NCBI GenBank assembly: GCA_013239625.1
Contig: MU054831.1
Span: 1,699,408 to 1,763,407, forward strand
Direction: 5' to 3'
Origin: Lama guanicoe
Lineage: Eukaryota
Length of the DNA stretch: 64,000 nt
Position numbers and translations under genes: made by a program. The notes under the pieces were generated by a model. That model searched no databases. It was not told where the DNA came from and saw only the letters and a program-made list of their open reading frames with translations. Positions 35,419-48,285 of this stretch are shown here, in pieces. Every line of letters starts with the position of its first letter. The stretch's first letter is position 1.

Positions 35419-36330
35419 CAGACATCAGGGCCCCCGTGTCTTTGGAACAACTCTGGTTTCTGGGCCCAGAGGCTGGAGCCCAGACTGTAAACAGACACAG
35501 AAAAAATGTAGCATTTTATATCTTGGATGTGAATTTCGCAGTGACTCTGGCAGCGTGTGACGGGCAGTGTCTGTCTGCAGCGCGAGTTCTCAATCCTCAG
35601 TCTTAGGTATCTTCATCAACACCCCCTACCCAGGCCTTGGCTTCCCTGGGGATTTACGTGTGGCCTTCCGTGGGGCACACAGGCGTCCAGAGCATCTCCA
35701 GGTGTCCTGACTTCAGTGAGAGAGCCCCTCCCTGGCCTGACACTCATCCTGCTCACCCAAGACACCAGCTCATTGAACAGATGCTGGGCTGTTTCTTTGG
35801 TGTGTCAGGCAGGTGCCAGCCTCCTTCTCCAGCACATGTGGACTGGGGGTGTCCTTGTGTGCCCCCCGCCCCATGCCGCCTGGGCCTGGCCGCACCTGCT
35901 GGGTGTGCTGGGCGCTTGGACCTCGGGACCTGGGCTGCAGGGAGGCTGAGGACCCTGATGCCGGCACAGAGCTGACCCCGTGGTCAGACTGCCTCCCTGC
36001 TGGGGGTCATAGGCGGCCTCCACGCCCCAGGGGACCTGCTCCTCACAGAACCGGCCCGGCGTCTGTCTCTGAAGCCTTCAAGGGGAAGGCGCCGTCCCCT
36101 GGCGGGTGGGAGCTCAGGAAGGGGGCTCTCCTGACGCCCAGGGCACCGGGACTCCCGCCTGCTCTGCGCACTGAGGCCTCCAGACGGGACCCTCCAGGCG
36201 CCGGGGAAGCGCTGTCCCGGGCACGCTGTGCGCCGTGCGCTGCAGAGGCAGCGCTGGCCTCGGGGTTGGGGTGAGCCTGCGGCGAGTTTGGGGTGTCCTG
36301 GCCTCTGTTGACAAGTGATGAGGACATCGT

Positions 36331-36545
36331 CCACTTATTGAATACCAGGTAAACCCTGTTCTGGGTGCTTTGTTCTTAGTGACTTGATTAATCCTCACAA
36401 GGTTATGAGATCCAAGTGTTGTCCCCATGTTGTGATGAAGAAATCAGGGCATGAACGTGAAGGAATGAGGCTGCAAGCTCACAGCTGGCGAGGGGGGCGC
36501 CTGGTTGGCGGCCGGCGTGTGGGTCCAGAGTCCACCCACTCGCGT
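36331..36545 (-). mobile_element. MIR SINE
   Basis: cacttattgaataccagg...ttaatcctcacaa...ccccatgttgtgatgaagaaatcaggg...tccagagtcc. Confidence 0.75.
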
Positions 36546-37429
36546 TGAGCTGTTACACGCCTTTGTTGGCTGGCACCACGGCGGGTGTGTGTGTGTGCAC
36601 GTACACACAGGTTTGCAGGCATCACCATGTACCCAGACAGGCCTGGACACGCAGTCGGCAGAGGGGCCCCATCAAACGGGATGACACGACCACTGCCGAA
36701 CCTCCCTGACAGGCACTACTCAGCTTCCGCCAACAGGGCCCCGCTTGGCGCTGGGACGTGAGTCCTGGACGTGTGGGGGGACGGGGGCAGGAACGAGGGG
36801 CTGTCCTCCGGCTCCTGAGTCCGCAGCCTCCCTCCCTGCGTGGGCTTGCCTTTGACAGCAGGTTCTCTCTGGTCGGCATCAGATGCCCTGCAGGTCCTGA
36901 AGGACCTCTCATATCTTCACGTCTCCTTTCCCTGCACGCCTCCCTCCTGCCTCCTCCCTCCAAGGCCATACTTCCCACTTAGTCTGTGATCTTTCTGGGC
37001 TGACCAGAAAGTACTGGAGAACTGTGGTGGGAGGAGCTGCAGGGAGGATCCTGACCAGAGCAGGCATTTATGAAGCCCCTGCTGGGTGCCCCCTGTGCTC
37101 TGAAATCTCTGACCCCAGCCGGCCTCCTAGGGCCCGGAGGAGTGAGTGGTAGGGTTGAGCGCTCTGTACAGAGAGAGGGTGCCGTGTACCCAAGGCCCTC
37201 TGGCCGGGGCCAGGGCACCCACTTCTGATCATCAGCACAGACTCGGAGCAGATGGTGTACAGTCTGAGCCCTGAGCCCCTGGGGACCCCAGGTGCTCTTA
37301 CTCGCCACCTGCTGCCGGCTTGGGCTCTGCTCTGTGCGACTCTCCAGGGAGCTGCCCATGCCTGCAGGTCGCCCGGATGTCTCAAAGCCTCAAGTCCGCC
37401 TGAGCTCGTCCTTCCGTCTCTGGGTGCCG

Positions 37430-37700
37430 ACCACGTGTAGGACACCACTGGTGCTGGAGCTCTGCTCGCAAGGACAGGCAGCATGGTGAGAAAGACAAGT
37501 CATCCGTGCAGAGCGCCGCCGTGGAAGGTTCAAAAGTGTTGGTTCCATGACAGAGGGAATAAGTGCACGGGCTCTTCAGAGTGTGAGGGAGGGCAGGCTG
37601 GTGCCGGCGGCAGGAAGGAGACCCGGAGCTGGCCTGGGGGCTGCTGGGCTTTGAGAGTGCAGGGACGGGGGGTGTGGGGAGGTGGCCGGGGGTGGGAAGG
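37430..37700 (-). mobile_element. L2 fragment
   Basis: Purine-rich antisense L2-like phrases. Boundaries are approximate. Confidence 0.4.
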
Positions 37701-38029
37701 GCGTGCCCCAGCTAGGGAGCCAGGTCAGCACCCACTCACGGCCAGCGGGGTCACCCTAAACACCAAACAGGATAGAAAGTGTCAAGTTGCGCCCGGGAAG
37801 GATAAGCTATCCTTTGTGAAACTTCCGGTTCACTGATACCTATATAGCAGGTGTGTGCGGTGTCTCCACCTGGAGAGGCCAGTGCCGTGGGTCGGGGAAG
37901 AAGGGTGTTCAAGCAACTGCTTACAAAGATTACACTGGCAAGAGTTTTAAGTGCGTCAGGAAGAGGGAAGGACCAGGGGAGGCCAGGCCGGTGGGGACCC
38001 TGGTCCGTGTCTGAGCAACCAGGATCATG

Positions 38030-38865
38030 ACCCTCTCCAAGTCTCCCGTGTCCTTCACCCTTGTTCCCCTGTTTCATGCGTACGGGTCTCCACATCGTTT
38101 GTTGGATTTTTTGATGCGATTATAATTGGTATCTATTGGTAATTTTTATTTTCTATTTGTTGCTGGTACACAGAAATAAAAGATATTTGTGTATTGATCT
38201 TCAGTTGGCCTTGTTGAATTCCAGTGTTATCTGTAAATTCTTTGGGAGTTTCTACATGCTGATTGCGTGCAGTGACAGTTTTATTTTTCCTTTCCATTTC
38301 TTATGTCTTTTATTTCTTTTTCCTGCCTCAGTGAATTGGTCAGGAGCACTGGCTCTCCTTGAATAGTGAGGATTCTCCTCTGGTTCTGGATCTCGAAGGA
38401 GAACGTTCCCTGTATCACTGTTGACACCATGTTGCTGTAGGTCTTTGTTTGTTTGTTTTCTTTCTAAGAATCCATTGTCAAATCAGTGTTGTGGCTTTCC
38501 GTTCCTGGCTTCCTGTGAAGGTTGTTTTTTCCCCCATGAATGAATGTACACAGAATTTTATCGAATGCTTCCTTTGTCTCTGTTGAGAGGATATAAATTT
38601 TATTATTTATTTTGTTCATGTGGTTAATTACACTGATTTAAAAAAATTAAACCAGCCTTTAATTTCTGAACTGAATTTGCATTGACTAAAATGTAGTAGA
38701 ACCTGTCCATATGCTGTTAGATCCAGTTTGCTAATGTTTTATGATTTTTGCTTTTGTGTTAATGAGCAAGTTTAACTTGTAGTGTTTTTCTTGTCAGTTT
38801 TTGATATCAAGGTAATACTGTCTCATGAAAAAAGTTGAGAATTTCTTCCTTCTTTATATTTTGTT
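38030..38865 (-). mobile_element. L1M ORF2 fragment
   Basis: ttgttgctggtacacagaaat...tttgtgtattgatctt...gaattttatcgaatgctt...aaccagcctt...gatatcaaggtaatactg is antisense ORF2 sequence. Confidence 0.85.
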
Positions 38866-39361
38866 TTGTCAAAAACAAAATCTCTTCCTGCATGATTAGA
38901 GGAGGAGATGAATAGTATAAAATGATTAGCAGTGTGTTTGGGAAAATAGTCAATTTGAATAATAATTAATAAGTAAATTAATTATTAAAGGGATTATTAA
39001 AAGGTTTAGAGTTATCTGTCCAAACAGGCATTTTGGAATTTTAATGGCAAGTTTATGTGAGCGTATATGTTTGTTTTGACTGGCATCTGCAAGTACCACA
39101 GCTCTCCTCCTTTCTCCACAGCCCATTCCAGGAAGATACTGATCTGATGGATCTGATTGGTATTATATCTGCATTCTGTACTAATGGAATGGTAAAATTA
39201 GCATTATTAATATTTTGAGGTCACAGTCACCGTTTCTGGGTACTCGTGGTTGGGTAGAGATCAGGAAGTTGAATATATTTGAAATCTGAAGGACCTCAGG
39301 TCAGTTTTCTCATATTATCTGTTCCTCATTTATAGCATGATTTACTCATCCCTGCACCCAT

Positions 39362-39489
39362 NNNNNNNNNNNNNNNNNNNNNNNNNNNNNNNNNNNNNNN
39401 NNNNNNNNNNNNNNNNNNNNNNNNNNNNNNNNNNNNNNNNNNNNNNNNNNNNNNNNNNNNNNNNNNNNNNNNNNNNNNNNNNNNNNNNN
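39362..39489. other. Assembly gap (128 N)
   Basis: Run of N. Confidence 0.99.
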
Positions 39490-40033
39490 AACTAGTTTTA
39501 GGGTCATGGATAATAGAACTATCAAGATTTAGTCCCTATTAGGAGCTCTTGATCTTGTGGCAGAGGCAGAAAATTGGCCTAATGATCTTGGGATGGCAGT
39601 GTTGGCAGGGAGCCTTCTGCATCACCACCCTGGTCTGCAAGAGGAGAGTGCAGCGCGGCGAGGTCGGGGCTTTCTGAGGAGTCCGCCTCGGCTCTGGGTT
39701 GGCTGCTCTGATGGCAGCCTGGTGCCTCCCAGTTTTCCTTTTCCAACATGTGTTGTTCTTCTGAGTATATTTTCCCAACAAAGGAATTTATAAAAAGCAA
39801 TCCTAGGTTTTTTCCTTAGTCAGAACTGTTAAAAAAGAAAATGCCACAAAGCCAAACCTCTCCAGAAGTGCCTCCCGGAATTCATCCTTGGATTTGCTTC
39901 TCGCCGTGAGCGGGAAGAGCCGCCCGCCCCCAGGAGCCCCAGCACGCTTGCTGCTCTCGTCAGTGAACTTTCTTCTGTGGCTCTGGCTCTCTGGAAATCT
40001 GTTTCAAACTCTGAAAAGCAGCTGGAACACACT

Positions 40034-40350
40034 TGAGTCACTCAGCACAAACTACAAAGCGATGGCATTGACTGTGCCAAACAGATGCTGTTTGCGTTCA
40101 AATAAAAGACAAACATAATATTTGCATTAATAGAGAGCCTTTGCCGAAGTATTTGCATAAAGTGGTTTATCCTTTTCCAAGAGCTGGTTACTTTTTACTA
40201 ATTTCTGAGCGTAGCAAAGGATAAGCAATCTTTTGCTGATTATTCCTCACAAAGAGTTGCTTTCGCACAAGTTGAGCTGATTTCAGAGAAGGGCTCTCCA
40301 ACATGCAAATACGGCGCCGAGTGGCACGCTGCATTGATTGCTGTCAGTCA
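40034..40350. promoter_or_regulatory. Octamer (POU)-rich enhancer-like element
   Basis: Octamers at 40120-40127, 40151-40158 and 40303-40310 (reverse). AP-1 TGAGTCA at 40034 and PBX/MEIS-like CTGTCAGTCA at 40341. Confidence 0.45.
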
Positions 40351-40899
40351 TGTTCGCGATAGCGTTTTGTCTTTGAAAGTAGGACTGATGAGCTATTGCC
40401 CTGTTCTCAGTGGTACTAAGCTCCGCTTCAGCAAAGAGTTTTGTAAAGAGTTACTGAAACTGGGCCACATCTCAGTGGCTGCCTCCTCTCTGTGCTGAGA
40501 AGCCAGACGGGTGTGTCGAGTGCCTTGGTACGTATTCAGTGCAGTTTCAAGGACAGCTGTCGTGAATTCTTGCTTCATTAACAGGGCAATATGAGTAAAG
40601 ACAAGGAAGTCAAGCAAGGGGGGAATGAGGGTCTGCTGGGGAGGAGCAGGGACTAGATACGCATGCTCTGAGCCCTGCGCAGTTATCCAAAAACAAACTG
40701 CGGTTTGGACGTGAGTTTCCCACCTGTCAGAGTGAAGAGGCAGCCTTGTTCATTTTGGGGATTTCCATTGTTCTTAAGAAGAAACTGACGAGGAGTTTTA
40801 AACAGCGACCTTGAAACACAGGTACACAGCGGCACGGACAGGAAGTCTGAGGAAACAGTATGACACGTACCGAAAGCCTCAGGGACTGCGTGCATCTTT

Positions 40900-42330
40900 G
40901 CATTCACTCAGTGTTCAGTACTTATCTGTGTGAACCTGTCTACCCACGTCTTGCCACACCCTCGCTCCTGGCATGTTGGCCTTTCACTTTGGAAGTGGCT
41001 TGCTTCTATCTGACATAATCCGTGTGTTGTTCTGAAGAATGGTTTCTGAGTGGTAAACCTCAATTTTTGTTTGTCAGAAAAATGCCCCTTTTCCCCTTTT
41101 CTAGAGTGATAGTTTAGCTGGGTATAGAACTGTAGGCAACTTGTATTTCGCGCAGCGGTTTAAGGTACCTTAGTGCCTCCTGGCTTCCTCTTGTTGCTGC
41201 TGCTGTCGAAAAGGTAGCTCTCAGTGCAGCCATGTCCCTCCTCAGGGAGCCTGTCTCTGCTGTCTTGGCGCTTTTGTGATCTTGTCTGGTGGATGTTCTG
41301 GTATTTTGCCACAGTGTGTCTGGTGTGGGTAAGCACTTGCCCTGCGTGGGACTGAGCATGTGTTTAAAGTCTGAGGCCTCTTATGTCCCTGGGATTCTGG
41401 AATATTCTCTTCTCTGCATTATCTCCGTTCTGTACTTCAGGAGTTCGCACTAGACCTGTGATGGACCGTCCTGTTCTTTTCTCCATGCCTCACTCCCTCT
41501 GCCCCCTTTTGCACTGCCCTCAGGTTGTCTAGATCTAGCGTCGAGTTCGTTATTTCTGTCCTTAGCTGTATCTAGTCTGCTATTTTTGATTCTAGAAAAT
41601 TCTTTCAGCAATTTTCCATTTCTTTCTCCAGGGTTCCTGAATGGGCTATTATCATTTCTTTTCTCCATTTAATACCTTATTTTTAAAACATGTGTTTTGT
41701 AGTCTCTGACAGGTTGTTTTAACATGTGCGGGCGTCTTGGGGTCCTTTCTGGTGTGCTGTGTTGGCCGATTCTAGCAGAGCTGAGTGCCCCGCCTCCCAT
41801 CTGTAGTTTTCTGTTTTCACTGCAGGTTCTCTTTGGCAGGGGGGCTCCCCCCACCCCCTGAGCTCCACACCCACCTCCCTCCCGTTCACCCTGCTTTGGG
41901 TACCTCGTGGTGGTGGGTGTGTCTGTGGAAGGGCATTTTGTTTTTGCTGTCCTTCATCTCCAGGTTCTCCCAGCTCTAGACTAGTTTTTACCTTAATTTC
42001 TAGACTCAGGACTCCAGAACCGCCCAAGTGATGTGAATCTGGAGGCCATCCACATGGCCACAAGCTTAGGGCTTCATTTTCTCAGAGGAGACTCTTCCCA
42101 GCCATCCTCTCCTGCCTCCTTGGCCTGGTGGGTAGAGAGGTCCAGTCCCATTTTCATAGATCCCATGGCCCTGCCGGAGCTCTGTCCTTATGCAGGGGTC
42201 TGGGTTCCAAGTCTCTGTTGGGACAAGCTCATGGCCACACCTCCTGCCCACCCCAGGGCCAGCTCTGATGACTGTCCCCAGGTCCAGGCAGCCGCATCTT
42301 TGTGCACTTGCTCAGGGAGGGTACCTTGAT
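40900..42330 (-). mobile_element. L1ME-type ORF1 and 5' region remnant
   Basis: Minus frames NSRLDTAKDRNNELDARS (resembles ORF1 coiled coil NSRLDTAEERISELEDRS) and LRATFSTAAATRGSQ (resembles LTADFSTETMEARRQ). Confidence 0.75.
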
Positions 42331-42359
42331 TCTGTCTTGCCCTCTTGGTAACTGGGGTC

Positions 42360-42361
42360 TC

Positions 42362-42392
<31 letters not shown>

Positions 42393-42445
42393 TTTCTTCC
42401 TTTCTTCTTTCCTTCCTCCCTCCCTCTCTTCCTTCCTTCTCCTTT
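42360..42445. repeat. (CTTT)n/(CCTT)n polypyrimidine tract
   Basis: About 85 nt of uninterrupted pyrimidines. Confidence 0.95.
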
Positions 42446-45400
42446 TGAGCTCAATTCTGTGTCTAGAGTTGGGGTGGGACTTTATTCTGTCTCCTGGTCA
42501 CCATTTCCATATTCTTGCAGTGGGAGGTGAGGGGTCCTTAGTGCGTAAGTCCAGCAAGGCTCCGGAACCTGAGTTATGATCCACTTTGTACATTGTTCGA
42601 CTCTGTGTTTTGGACACTAGCAGTATCTATGTTTCCCAAAGTGTGAAATTGGTTTTTGCTACAGGTGCCCCTGTGAATTTGGAACGTCAGCCACGTGGCC
42701 CGGATTTTACCACAGTGATTTCCAGTTCCTCTTTCCTGTAGTTGAGTTAAAAGGGTTGCCCTTTTTTCTGTCTGTGGATGCTTTCACTCTAGACCAGCCC
42801 TGACCGGGTACCACCTGAGGGTGCTCATTCTAATTACAGGCTGCCTTCCTGCCTCAGTAGCCAGACATACTGCGTCTGTACAGGCCAGAGGCATTGGGCA
42901 GTTAAGGAAGGCTGCTGTTCATGGGTTTTGTTTTGGTGTGATTCCTACAGATTCCCTTTGCCCATGATTCTCCTCCCTGTTGGCAAATGAGTGCACGGAG
43001 GGGTACGTGATTTTTTCCCTGAGTTGAATTTCGAGTGATGCATCTGTTCCAAGAATGATCATACCTTATGAAAAAACGGAGCTAGGTCATCAATTCTGCT
43101 TCACCGATAAGGGAGGTGAACTTGGTAGAGATGTGCTCAGGCTCCGGCTCTGCTCGGTGCCTGGCGGGTGCACCAGACGCCTGCCGGGCAGCGGGAGGTG
43201 CGGGCGGCTGAAGCAGGTAGAGCCCCCGCCGCCTCGGCCTTGGGGGGGTGCTGTTCACCCTGAAACCCAGGGCAGGCGGAGCGTTAACTGCTGATTCGCT
43301 GGCAGGGAGCAGTCTGGACAGTAAGAGTGCACAGGTATGTGGGGGTGGGGTGCTTTGTTTCTGCTTTTTCTTAATTCAAAAATTACTCCATTACAGAGCA
43401 CAGAAGATGAGGGATTCTGGTCTAAAATTTGGATGTATCTGTTCTTCAAACTATGAAGCTTTCAAAATTTGGAAGGACTGTTTAACACAGCCATTTTTCG
43501 CAGAGCGGCTATTTGGAAGGAGTCTGCCCCTGCCTGATTGGGCCTGGGGCCCCGTCTGCGCCCTCGGGGAGAAGTGGGGGGAGGTGGTGCGCACGGGACC
43601 TCAGGGGGCGTTGGAGCTCTTGGGGCAGAAGCCTCCCTCCTGCTCTGCTCTTTCCCCTTTCGATTCCCCTCCTTCAACGCCGTGGAGCCTGGGGGACGCC
43701 CAGCCTGCGGACGGGAGTTGGGGGGAGGACCGCCCCGGCGGCCTTTGTCTCCGCAGCACCCGGTCCTGCGAGCCAGGTGACAGCCGGGCTGGCTCATCGC
43801 ATCCCGCCAGCCCTGCGAGGTGCAGAGCGTCCTTTCACCCGTTGTTCAGATGTGAAGAATGAGGTCAGTTGTTGGAGTGAGGTCAAGGGCACCCTGGAAC
43901 AGGCCTGGGCGTTGGCACCAGGCTCCCGGCTCTGAAGCTCGGTGCCACCCACCGAGGATGCCCAGGACTCCCCAGTGATCATGCAGAAACCACAAGCTGA
44001 AAAGCAGGGAGAGGACAGGAATCCGTACCCTGTCACTGACGTCAGCACAGCAGCGTCCAACAGCAAAGTGTGCTCCCGCCGGTGCCACTATTTTAGAAGG
44101 TTCAAATAGAGCGCGGCAGAGTGATCGGTGTATTTTTAGAAACAGGTTTGTGATGTGTAAAACGGTAGTGAGAGGCGTAGTGAGGTCAGTCAGTCTGGGT
44201 TCGGGGAGCTGTGGTCTGGGGAGCGCCTCCACGTGGTGTGTCACAGAGACACAGCAGATTCCTGCAGGTCGTACCCAGCCCTCCGGAGGACCCGGGAAGC
44301 CAGTTCTGTGGGAGGAAGGGGTGCGCTGTGGGACTTAAGCACGAAGCGGCCTCACGTGCACACGGACACCCCTGAACAACGGGCAGTCCTCTGCAGCGGG
44401 AGCGCGTCCTCCAGGCAGTGAGGGGCACACGTGCGTCGTGGGGCGAGTGACGGCGTGGTCGTGGCTGCGCACGGCCTGCCTGGGAGACTCCAGTCTCTCC
44501 GCACAGCAGCTAAGATGCTAACAGCTGTGCCTTTGCCGCCTGGGATTTGAGTGTCCCCTTCTTGTTTTTATAAAGTTATGCTTTAAAAAACTAAGAACTT
44601 CGATACAGTTTTACAAACAACATGCTGGATATTCTTAGGCAGTATGAGAATGAAAGAAAGCGAGACTTCCTGAGACGGGGCAGAGCTCAGCTGGGAGCCC
44701 CGCTCCCGCCCTGCGGCAGGCCCTCTGCCCACGGCCGGCCCACCACGGGCGCTTCTGTGAGCGCCACGCTCCGGAAGGGCCGGGGACCTGTGAGGAGCCC
44801 CTCTTCCAAGTTGCCGGCTACATCCGCAGGTCGACTCGAGATGAACGGTGGGGTGCACAGTGGAGGGGGTACCGCGTGGGCAGAGGAGGCCCGTTTCTGA
44901 GTCCTGGATCTGGCAGCCCCTCTCCTGGCCTGATTCCTGAGCCAGTCCTCTGCTGTCTTCCTTTGGCTGTGACCTCTGGCAGCGGGGGTCCTGCTGGAAC
45001 GGGACAGTCCTGTGTCAGGCTCCGAAAATGATCCTTCCCCTCCAGGCTGCAGGCAGAGGGCAGAGCCTGGCAGCTTCCGGGTGAGAAGCTCCTTTCCTGG
45101 ACCTTCCAACATCGGGCCCTTGAAATACACTTTTCCTCGGAGATGTCACACGTCCCTGCTGAGCACGAGCCCTGGAACCGGCGGGACTCCCGGGGCTCCC
45201 TCACCAGCGGCACGCAGTTCAGGACCCTGTTTTGATTCTGCACATACTGCTCCTGCCCCTGGACAAGCTCCTGCAGTCTTGAGCCCGTGATGGTCCCCAG
45301 CAGCAGATGGTGACTGGTGTCCACCCTGCGGAGCTGCCCTGACAGCTACGGGGAGGGTGGGCAGTTCTTGGGTCACCCAGCATGAGTGCCTGGTCACACT

Positions 45401-45949
45401 GCTACAGCCTACAGTTCACTGTCGCCCATCGCCCACTGGTTCTGGGGAGGGCCCAGCGCCCAGGACGAAACGGGGATGTTGCTTGGATGTGTCCTCCACG
45501 CCTGTGGCCCCTGATGGCAGACTCTCTGCCTTTGTCGGCATGGGGGTGCCAGGTGCCAGGCTCCGGACAGCGTGCTCGCCAGGGAAGTGAGGCTAAGCCA
45601 GGATGTTTCATTTAACGTGAGGACACGTGTGCAGCCCAGAAGGAAGCGTACAGCATCTTCAGAGTGTGATAGGTGCTCAGCTGCCCTGGGAGGTGCCTGC
45701 TCTGCAGCGCACGGCAAGGTCTCGTCCTCCAGGCGATGGTTAAGCTCCGAAACAAAGAACCTCCATCAGACAGTGCGTCTCAGTAACGGACGAGAGACAC
45801 GAGAGCCGCCTAGGTCCGTGGAGCCTGCTGGCACCGCGGGGGTGACTCTGTGGTTTCTGGGGGACAATGTGTCGTCTGAGTTCCTGTTTTTCCTTTAGTG
45901 GCTTCCCTAGAGGACTTAGTATTCCAGAAGAGCGCACCCGCCCAAGACG

Positions 45950-46215
45950 CTGGTGTCGGGAGGGCGGGAGTTGGGATGGCCGTGAAGAACGCTGCTAAGC
46001 TTCCACTTACAAAACGAGCAAGTCCCAGGGGTGCTGTGTACAGCACAGGGAGCGAAGTCAGCGATGTTGTGACGACTTTGTGTGGTGACGGATGGTAACG
46101 GCTTATCGTGGTGAACGCTCTGTAATGTGTAAAAATGTCAAATGACCGTGGCACATCTGAAACTAATACAGTGTTGCAAGTCAATTACATTTTAATTAAA
46201 AGTGAATCAGTAAAA
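45950..46215 (+). mobile_element. L1MA9-like 3' end
   Basis: cttccacttacaaaacgagcaagtcccagggg...tgtacagcacaggg...tgtggtgacggatggtaac...ctgaaactaatacagtgttgcaagtcaattac. Confidence 0.85.
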
Positions 46216-46469
46216 AGCATTTCAAGGAAAGAATGCCTTAAGGATGGAGGTGGCGGGGAAGAGCAGCGCGCGGACTTACCGACTGGAAAGACGAGCGGAG
46301 CAAACCGAGTGGAGGTATTTACTAACTGGAGTTCTGAACCGATGGCAGATCCTGAGCTTTTTTTTCTCCTGAGAAAATCATAGAGGAAGGGTCAGGGGAG
46401 GTTTAGAAGCTGTTTGCTCTCCAAAGTGACGAGCAGATCTCCCAGAATGAGCAGGGTCAGCGATCTATG

Positions 46470-47155
46470 TCCTTGGTTTCCTGTCTTCGCCCCCGCACGA
46501 GCCCACCCGCCCAGCCTTTCCCGGTCTCTCTTAGCGCCGTGAATGGCCTTGCCTCCCATGTGGCTACTGGAAATTTACAATGGCTGCCTTCCACACAAAT
46601 CCCAAGTCAGCCCACTGGCCCAGCTCCGTGCGACTGCCCTTCTCTGGGCTCCTGGCTCTTCTCCCAGCTTCCGTTCTCCCTCTTTGGGCCCTCCTGGCCT
46701 TGGTTGATGTTCTGTGCAGCAGCAGAAGTGAGCCTTTAAAACACACGTCAAAAGACAGTCTCACAGTGGCCTTCAGGTGCCGCTGCCTCCCTGACCCTGT
46801 TTCTCGCACTGCGACCCGCTGCACGGACCCCACCAGGTGTGCTCCATCCCAGGCCCTTTGCACGTGCTGTCGGATGCTCTTCCTTGGAATAGTTTACATG
46901 GTTCCTTCTTGCCTATCATTCAGGTGTGTGCTCAGATGTCACCATCTCACAAGGGCCTATCTAAAGGAATAAACCTCATCACCCCCTGCCCATGTGACTT
47001 ATTTCCAGCACACGATGCCACGAGAGCTGTTTATGGTCACCTCCTCTGCGCTAGTGGGAGTTTGGGGTTCCGGGACTTGGCGTCGCTCAAGGCTGCACCC
47101 TGGAGTTAATGACAGTCAGTAACTAGTTCCTCTGAATTTGCTGAATGGATGGATG
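46470..47155 (+). mobile_element. L2 3' fragment
   Basis: ccaggccctttgcacgtgctgt...tcttccttggaat...ctcagatgtcacc...gaatttgctgaatggatggatg. Confidence 0.8.
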
Positions 47156-48164
47156 ATGGGCCAGCATGGGGAGGCAGGGCCTTGGCATTCCTGGCCTGAC
47201 CGTGCCGACCTTCACCATCTCTCTGGCCGACCTTCTTTGTCTTTAAAAGGCAGATGATCATAGTATTTTTGCCGTTCATCTCCCGGCTGTGGACTGACCG
47301 AGCTGATAGGAAGAAGACTTACATGAGCGTCTAAGTCATAAAAAGTGGCTAATTGGCTAACTGGCTGTTCCTTCTGACTTAGAATGTCAGCTTCAGTCAC
47401 AAAAAATGTACGTGAAATATGCTTTTCATGAATTGAAGCAAATACTGTCCTAAAGAGAGCTGGAGAGAAAGTCTTTAACCCCGAGATGCTGTGGCCACCG
47501 CACCCGGTCGGCGGGCATTGCGGACGAGACCCAGGGGCGCGGGTCCCTCAGGCAGCCGCTGCTGGGCCAGCCCGGTGGCTCTCAGGCGCTGCAGCCCCGG
47601 GGGTGAAGCCTTACTGGAGCCTGCCGGATGCTCGGTCACTCTGAAGCGGTGCCTGAAAGGGGACGGCCCACGGGATCCTTTCCAGTGCAGAGAGCAGCAA
47701 CGCTTGTGAGACCAGCAGGGCCCGCGGCCCTGGTCTCCGCCTCCCGCCTCCTGGGGCGTGGTCCCCGCGGACACTCCCAAGCCACACACTCAGCATCCCC
47801 GCGGACCTTCTCCAAATGGCCGTTGGGGCTTACTGTTTTCAGTTAGTGACTCACTTCTCGTGAGCTGCTTATTAAAATGTACCTATTTTCCAGCTTCCTG
47901 TCCCTTAACCACAGACACCTTCCAGCTGATTTTCAGGGCCCAGCAGTGTGGAAAGTGTTCTGGGAGGCGGCTTCATCCACCACGTGGCTTCACTTGCTGA
48001 CTCACATTTTCAGGAGCTGCTTCTGCCCCGATCAGATGTCTTGTTGTGGGATGGGACGTGCGTTCTCTGCGCAGGCGGGACTGCGCGCTGATGTCGCAGG
48101 GGTGCCTGGGACGCGGGAGAGCGTGTTTTCTGCCTTGCCCGTTATGTGTGTTATTTTATTTACT

Positions 48165-48285
48165 CCTGTGTTGGTTTACATTCCACTTAAGTCACGAGGA
48201 AACTGAGTCCGAGTTGAAGCCACACGATCACAACTGAAGCTCAGTGTGAGGTGGAAGCCAGCCTGTCCGACCCTGAGCCCCCCGG
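48165..48285 (-). mobile_element. MIR fragment
   Basis: gaggaaactgagtcc...cctgtccgaccctgagccc. Confidence 0.55.

Noticed and set aside
39122-39191. Possible 70-nt exon after a strong acceptor
   Set aside because: Weak donor (ATG|gtaaaa), in-frame stop and no other support.
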